From: a virus | Taxonomy: Duplodnaviria > Caudoviricetes | Strand: one strand, 5' to 3' | Length of the DNA stretch: 64,000 nucleotides | IMG/VR virus record: IMGVR_UViG_3300020420_000671 | In this document: in pieces, positions 59,264 to 64,000 of the stretch | How the letters are laid out: each line of letters starts with the position of its first letter | How positions within the stretch are numbered: position 1 is the first letter of the stretch | Position numbers and translations under genes: made by a program | Notes under the pieces: generated by a model | What the model saw: the letters and a program-made list of their open reading frames with translations, nothing else | Databases searched by the model: none | Told to the model about the DNA's origin: nothing

Positions 59264-60103
59264 ATGGCAACATACGCAAGTTATAAAAAAGTACCAGGTG
59301 ATAGCATAGCAGACGGAGCAATTACCGGCGATGATATCGCACACGGAAACGGTAACAATTACGGAGTACAGTGGATCTACAATGAACGTGGATTACAATG
59401 TCACCAATGTGCTAGACAAAGTGGTTGTTGTCAACAAGCAAATGGTAAGTGTTGTTACTGGTGTGTACCAGATGGTGCTTCAACAGTAACTTTTGAGATT
59501 TGGTCAGGCGGCGGTGGCGGACCGGGCCATACATGTTGTAACAACTGTTCTTTCACAATTGGAGGAGCAGGAGGAAATTACGCATCAAGAACAATAGCAA
59601 CATCACCAGGATGCCAGTATACAGTATGTGCTGGTGGCGCTTGGCCATGTGGAAAAGCACATGGATGTACAGCAAGTATGGGATGCCGTTCATATGTAAA
59701 TGGCCACAACCTAAGTAACTTCTGTACAGAAGGAGCCTGTGGCGGCTGGATGTGTAACGGAGATGCTTGGGGACCAAGACATACTCACTTTGCTTGTGAA
59801 AACTGTAGAATCTGTGGTATGTTTGGTAATGATTTTGGAATGATGGGATCAACGGGTTGGAACGTAGGACACGGTGGTTGCCATTGTAATTACACTTATT
59901 CAGGCTCAGGACAAACACCATTAATTGGAAAAATGAATGTATCTGTAACTAACCTAGCTTGGTGTAACTGCGGATGCCATATTGAATGGCCAGCAGGTGG
60001 CGGTATGCCGGGTGTAAGTTCGTACTGCGGAAACTGGGCAAAATGTTGTGCGGGTGGCTCTGGACAGGGCGGTTCTGGAGTTGTTAGAATAACTTTTATG
60101 TAA
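59264..60103 (+). CDS. Cys/Gly-rich putative fibre-tip adhesin, copy 3
   Basis: 29 Cys in 279 aa; collinear with copies 1 and 2. Confidence 0.7.
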   Translation: MATYASYKKVPGDSIADGAITGDDIAHGNGNNYGVQWIYNERGLQCHQCARQSGCCQQANGKCCYWCVPDGASTVTFEIWSGGGGGPGHTCCNNCSFTIGGAGGNYASRTIATSPGCQYTVCAGGAWPCGKAHGCTASMGCRSYVNGHNLSNFCTEGACGGWMCNGDAWGPRHTHFACENCRICGMFGNDFGMMGSTGWNVGHGGCHCNYTYSGSGQTPLIGKMNVSVTNLAWCNCGCHIEWPAGGGMPGVSSYCGNWAKCCAGGSGQGGSGVVRITFM

Positions 60104-60133
60104 AATGATAAATACTTGTAGGAGCAAAACGCA

Positions 60134-60925
60134 ATGAGAAGAATAGAAAAACAGTTTACTTACCCAATTTGGGATGAGTGGAGAACAAACAGCTTTACAA
60201 AAGGTATTACTGGAAACCATACTTACAAAGGTCCAGAATTCCTTACTTTAGAAGTAAACAAGGACAAAGATAGTGAAGATTATGGTAAAGAATCTGGCTG
60301 GTGTTTATATCTTAAAAGTGAATTTGAAAGACCCACTGGTGCTGATATTATGAGAATTACTGTAGATTGTAAAGAAAATCCATTGCTTTGTGAAATTGTA
60401 AACGATGAAGGTCGAGAAGATTTAGTTGATATGCGTCGTGGCAGAAAATGGGAAGTACTTTGGGACGCTCCAGACGGATATCCAGATGTAGAATATACAA
60501 AAGAAGTAGAACCAAGAGACGTTTATGATGATCAAAATGTAAAATACGACTTTGATAACGATACATGGATTATCCCAGCACATGATTGGGAAGCTACAGG
60601 TGTTAACAAATCAATTACTTGGAATGATGTTAGAGACGTAAGAGATTCTCATTTACACGAAACTGATGCTAAAGTAGGACAAACAGACGCTCCAGAAGCA
60701 TTACAAAAAGAGTGGACGGACTATAGACAAAAATTAAGAGATCTTCCTGCTGTAATGGAAGCAAAAGGTTACGAACCATGGCAAGCAGTTATGATGTTTC
60801 CAGCTTATCCAAGAGATATGAGAGATCCAGAAGCGTCTTCAGATCCAAATGATCCATACAGAGACGGTGCTTATCCTATTGATGTTGAAGTACACGCTCT
60901 AAGAACATCTGGTAAAAAAGGCTAA
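60134..60925 (+). CDS. Tail fibre assembly chaperone-like protein
   Basis: C-terminal WNDVRDVRDSHLHETD..EWTDYRQKLRDLP matches the phage tail assembly chaperone pattern; late box 60108-14. Confidence 0.75.
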   Translation: MRRIEKQFTYPIWDEWRTNSFTKGITGNHTYKGPEFLTLEVNKDKDSEDYGKESGWCLYLKSEFERPTGADIMRITVDCKENPLLCEIVNDEGREDLVDMRRGRKWEVLWDAPDGYPDVEYTKEVEPRDVYDDQNVKYDFDNDTWIIPAHDWEATGVNKSITWNDVRDVRDSHLHETDAKVGQTDAPEALQKEWTDYRQKLRDLPAVMEAKGYEPWQAVMMFPAYPRDMRDPEASSDPNDPYRDGAYPIDVEVHALRTSGKKG

Positions 60926-60955
60926 TCACTTTTACTAAACAACCCACTAAAACTC

Positions 60956-60963
60956 TATAAATA
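60956..60963 (+). promoter_or_regulatory. T4 late promoter consensus TATAAATA
   Basis: Exact consensus upstream of the glycosyltransferase-like gene. Confidence 0.75.
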
Positions 60964-60993
60964 TTTTCGTACAAAGAAATATTGGAGTTTAAT

Positions 60994-62061
60994 TTGTCTC
61001 GAAAAAAAGCATATTTTATGAACGGTGGAGCAGGCCGTGTAATAGCGTCTATTCCTGCCTTTGAAAAGTTATACGAAAATGATCAAGACTTTATTATTGT
61101 ATGTGAAGGAGGCATGGACTTTTATAAGGGTCATCCACAATTACATGAATTAGCATACGATCATTGGCATAAAAATTTATTTAAAGATTATATCAAAGAC
61201 AGAGATTGTATTACTCCTGAACCATATAGGGTTTGGGAATATTATAATCAACAATGTAGTTTAGCACAAGCATTTGACATAGCCATAAACAACGAAGGCA
61301 TCAGAGATTTATCTGACCCTAAAATTTATATGAACAAACATGAACTTGTTCAAGGATATAAAGTTGTTGAAGAAATAAAAGCAGTCACTGGCAAAGACAA
61401 AGTTGTAGTTTTTCAACCGTTTGGAAGAACAGCAGAGAACATGGGCGACTTTGTAATTGACGGAACATCAAGAAGTTTCCATCTTAATGACGTAATTAAA
61501 ATTTGTAAAGACCTAAGAGATGATTATGCTGTTATCATAATGAGTGAATTCCCTGTGACAGTAGAAGAAAATCCAAAAGTACCAGTAGCAGTTCCACAAA
61601 TACCTGATGTGAGAGTTTGGTCTAGTGTAATTCAAATAGCAGATCATTTTATAGGCTGTGATAGTTTAGGACAACACATGGCAAAAGCATTAGGAACGAC
61701 ATGTACAAGTGTTATTGGTAGTACATATCCTATTAACATTTCATATCCTAACAGTCCAGACTTTGATGTTATAGACTTAGGAGAAGGAAAAAGAAAATTT
61801 AGCCCAATAAGATTATCAATGGAAGACGAAATTGAAAGATACAATGACGAAGTTATGGAGTTAACTGATGAAACCTTTAAACAAATTATATCAAGTGCTC
61901 GTAAAAGGCTTGGTAAGCCTAGGACTTATACGGGAACGTACAAACCCGAACAAGGACAACAAGGAGAAGTCTGCCCAACGCATGGGGTTGTCCACAAAAA
62001 TGATGCAGGAGTAACACACGCAAATCAACCTGCCCAAATTTTAGGAAGGACTGGACAATGA
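60994..62061 (+). CDS. Glycosyltransferase, GT9 (heptosyltransferase)-like
   Basis: GGAGRVIASIP, VVFQPFG, ADHFIGCDSLGQHMAKALG resemble GT9 motifs. GGAG at 60984-87 favours TTG 60994 (ORF track starts at 60982). Confidence 0.6.
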   Translation: MSRKKAYFMNGGAGRVIASIPAFEKLYENDQDFIIVCEGGMDFYKGHPQLHELAYDHWHKNLFKDYIKDRDCITPEPYRVWEYYNQQCSLAQAFDIAINNEGIRDLSDPKIYMNKHELVQGYKVVEEIKAVTGKDKVVVFQPFGRTAENMGDFVIDGTSRSFHLNDVIKICKDLRDDYAVIIMSEFPVTVEENPKVPVAVPQIPDVRVWSSVIQIADHFIGCDSLGQHMAKALGTTCTSVIGSTYPINISYPNSPDFDVIDLGEGKRKFSPIRLSMEDEIERYNDEVMELTDETFKQIISSARKRLGKPRTYTGTYKPEQGQQGEVCPTHGVVHKNDAGVTHANQPAQILGRTGQ

Positions 62062-63881
62062 CACAATGGATAGGAGCAATCACAAGAGGTCATAATGGTG
62101 GTGCCGTGTTATTAAAAGACGGTGAAATTGTTTTTGCTATTGAAGAAGAAAGATTATCAAGAAAAAAATATGATGGTGGTCCATTTGCCGCCATGATAAA
62201 GTTCAAAGAATTTACAGATAAGTTAGATTATCTAGTGGTTGCTCATACTCAACCTTTAGAAGAATCTAGCAGAGTTGATTTTAGCGGTGGAGATATTTAC
62301 ACAGGACTAGCTAGAAAATTAGGATTAATAGATGGCAAAGATTCTGCTTATGATCAAAACTTTAAACATAGGCAAGTAATAGATTTAAGTCATATTCATC
62401 ATAAGCTACATGCCGCTTGTGCTTTTTATAGATCAGGTTTCGAATCAGCAACAGCAGTAATAGTTGACGGGGCCGGAACTTTTATTCCTATGAATATAAA
62501 TTCTGGAACTTTTAATGAAGAATTTATGACATGGGAGTGCGAAAGTGTATTTTCATGTAACTATCCAGATGACTTTAAAACATTGTATAAGCATCAAGGA
62601 GGAAATGGTCCTTATCCTGGCACACATATTACGCAAATTCCTAGTGACAGAGAAGGAGAAGAAGGATTTCATGAATTGGTGTTGGATGACTCAGCAGGAA
62701 TAGTTAAAGCCTACGAAGCAGTAACACAATATTGCGGATTTCAACCAATCGAAGCAGGAAAAACAATGGGCTTGGCTCCATATGGCAAACCAAATTCTAA
62801 TATTCCTGCTATCTATACAGATGGTTCAGGAGGAAAGTGGAGAACTGCTGATAGAAATGTTATTATTCCTACATATCCCAATGCCGCTTTAGTAAACGAC
62901 GGCAAATATGATTATTTGTATACATCAACAGACTTACAAAATAGCAAAGTTGATCTAACCACGTTAGAAAACAGAAGAGATCTTGCTTATGCTGTCCAAG
63001 ACGAATCACAACAAGAAGTTTTAAAATTAATTTTTAAAGCTGTTGAAATGACGGGAAATAAAAATGTTGTATTAAGTGGAGGATACGCACTTAACTGTGT
63101 GGCAAATTATTGGTATCTAGATAAACTTAATAAAGAAGATATAAAGTTATACGTTGAACCTGTATCAAGTGATGCTGGAACAGCTATAGGAGCCGCTTTA
63201 TTATTATATCATCAACTAACAAAAGATAAGAAAGTAAGATCATATACAGAAACAATTTATGAAGGATTCAAATATCATTTGACTCTAAATGACATCGATA
63301 ACATTGCTGAAAAATATGGAGCAAGTACAAGTGACGTTGATCATAAAAAGGTTGTTGAGATCATCCGTAACAAAAATATTGTTGCTCTATGGCAAGATAG
63401 ATCCGAAAATGGACCAAGAGCTTTGGGAAATAGAAGTTTGTTATTCGATCCTACTATTGAAGATGGTAAAGATCATGTGAACAGAGTTAAACGTAGAGAA
63501 TATTTTAGACCTTTTGCTGGAACTATAATGTTAGATCATGCTAACGATTGGTTTGATATGCGTGGTTTAGAACAATCTCCTCATATGATGTACGCAATGA
63601 ATTGTAAAGATGGCGTTGCTGAAAAAATTCCTAGTATAATTCATGTAGACGGAACCTGTAGAATACAAACTGTAACTCAAGAACAAAATAAACATTACTA
63701 TGACATCATAAAAGAGTTTTACGATCAATCCGGTGTGCCTATAATTTTCAACACAAGTTTTAATTTAGGCGGAGAACCGTTGGTAGAAACATTAGATGAT
63801 GCTGTGAGAACATTATATAACAGTGAAATTGAATATCTTTATCTACCAGAATTTGGAAAATTGGTAGAAATGAAGAATTAA
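62058..63881 (+). CDS. Carbamoyltransferase (NodU/CmcH/TobZ family)
   Basis: GHNGGAVL..EEERLSRKK, HHKLHA, DGAG, LSGGYALNCVAN, DAGTAIGAA, GPRALGNRS, RPFA, HVDGTCRIQTV, NTSFN..GEPLV. Confidence 0.92.
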   Translation: MTQWIGAITRGHNGGAVLLKDGEIVFAIEEERLSRKKYDGGPFAAMIKFKEFTDKLDYLVVAHTQPLEESSRVDFSGGDIYTGLARKLGLIDGKDSAYDQNFKHRQVIDLSHIHHKLHAACAFYRSGFESATAVIVDGAGTFIPMNINSGTFNEEFMTWECESVFSCNYPDDFKTLYKHQGGNGPYPGTHITQIPSDREGEEGFHELVLDDSAGIVKAYEAVTQYCGFQPIEAGKTMGLAPYGKPNSNIPAIYTDGSGGKWRTADRNVIIPTYPNAALVNDGKYDYLYTSTDLQNSKVDLTTLENRRDLAYAVQDESQQEVLKLIFKAVEMTGNKNVVLSGGYALNCVANYWYLDKLNKEDIKLYVEPVSSDAGTAIGAALLLYHQLTKDKKVRSYTETIYEGFKYHLTLNDIDNIAEKYGASTSDVDHKKVVEIIRNKNIVALWQDRSENGPRALGNRSLLFDPTIEDGKDHVNRVKRREYFRPFAGTIMLDHANDWFDMRGLEQSPHMMYAMNCKDGVAEKIPSIIHVDGTCRIQTVTQEQNKHYYDIIKEFYDQSGVPIIFNTSFNLGGEPLVETLDDAVRTLYNSEIEYLYLPEFGKLVEMKN

Positions 63882-64000
63882 TGTTCATAGATTTATATTC
63901 AATTCCAGTTTTTGCCGAACCATTAAGCACACATGATGAAGTAAAAGAAGATTTTACTAACATAATACAAGATGATAGTAACTTTAACAAGTATCCTAGC
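63881..64000 (+). CDS. Partial ORF (MFIDLYSIPVF..), function unknown; N-terminus reminiscent of phage 2OG-Fe(II) oxygenases
   Basis: TAATG overlap; 40 open codons to the window end. The family guess is weak. Confidence 0.4.
   Translation, partial: MFIDLYSIPVFAEPLSTHDEVKEDFTNIIQDDSNFNKYPS

Noticed and set aside
57566-60103. Diversity-generating retroelement template/variable repeats
   Set aside because: All three copies are full ORFs, the differences do not look adenine-specific, and no reverse transcriptase is in the window.
1-64000. Stop-codon reassignment, tRNA or tmRNA genes
   Set aside because: Core genes are full length under code 11 and use TAA, TAG and TGA as stops; no cloverleaf or tmRNA ends were seen by eye. 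A tRNAscan/ARAGORN run would confirm.

Overview
A 64 kb AT-rich segment of a large T4-related myovirus (probably jumbo and uncultured), read with the standard code. No tRNA, CRISPR, integrase or reverse transcriptase was seen. Minus strand 1-19047 is the baseplate module: a >2600 aa virion protein running off the window, gp6-, gp25- and PAAR-like genes, a gp5-like spike with a C-terminal GH19 domain, and hub, gp53-like and gp48/54-like genes. Plus strand 19108-23834 carries the late sigma gp55, gp47/gp46 (Mre11/Rad50), a SufE and a small GIY-YIG nuclease, followed by a ~400 nt non-coding, ~50% GC, densely base-paired element. Next come a gp26-like chaperone with a clear -1 frameshift signature, a tape-measure-like gene and the head module (portal, protease, scaffold, major capsid). 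After the capsid gene is a self-contained promoter-RNA-terminator unit with no ORF. The rest is ~24 kb of paralogous fibre genes, three tandem Cys/Gly-rich proteins with a chaperone, and a late-promoter-driven glycosyltransferase plus carbamoyltransferase. The best leads are the two unexplained structured RNAs, the frameshift, and the Cys-rich fibre-tip plus tailoring cluster. All family calls are from motif recognition and all base pairings were checked by hand; no searches were run.
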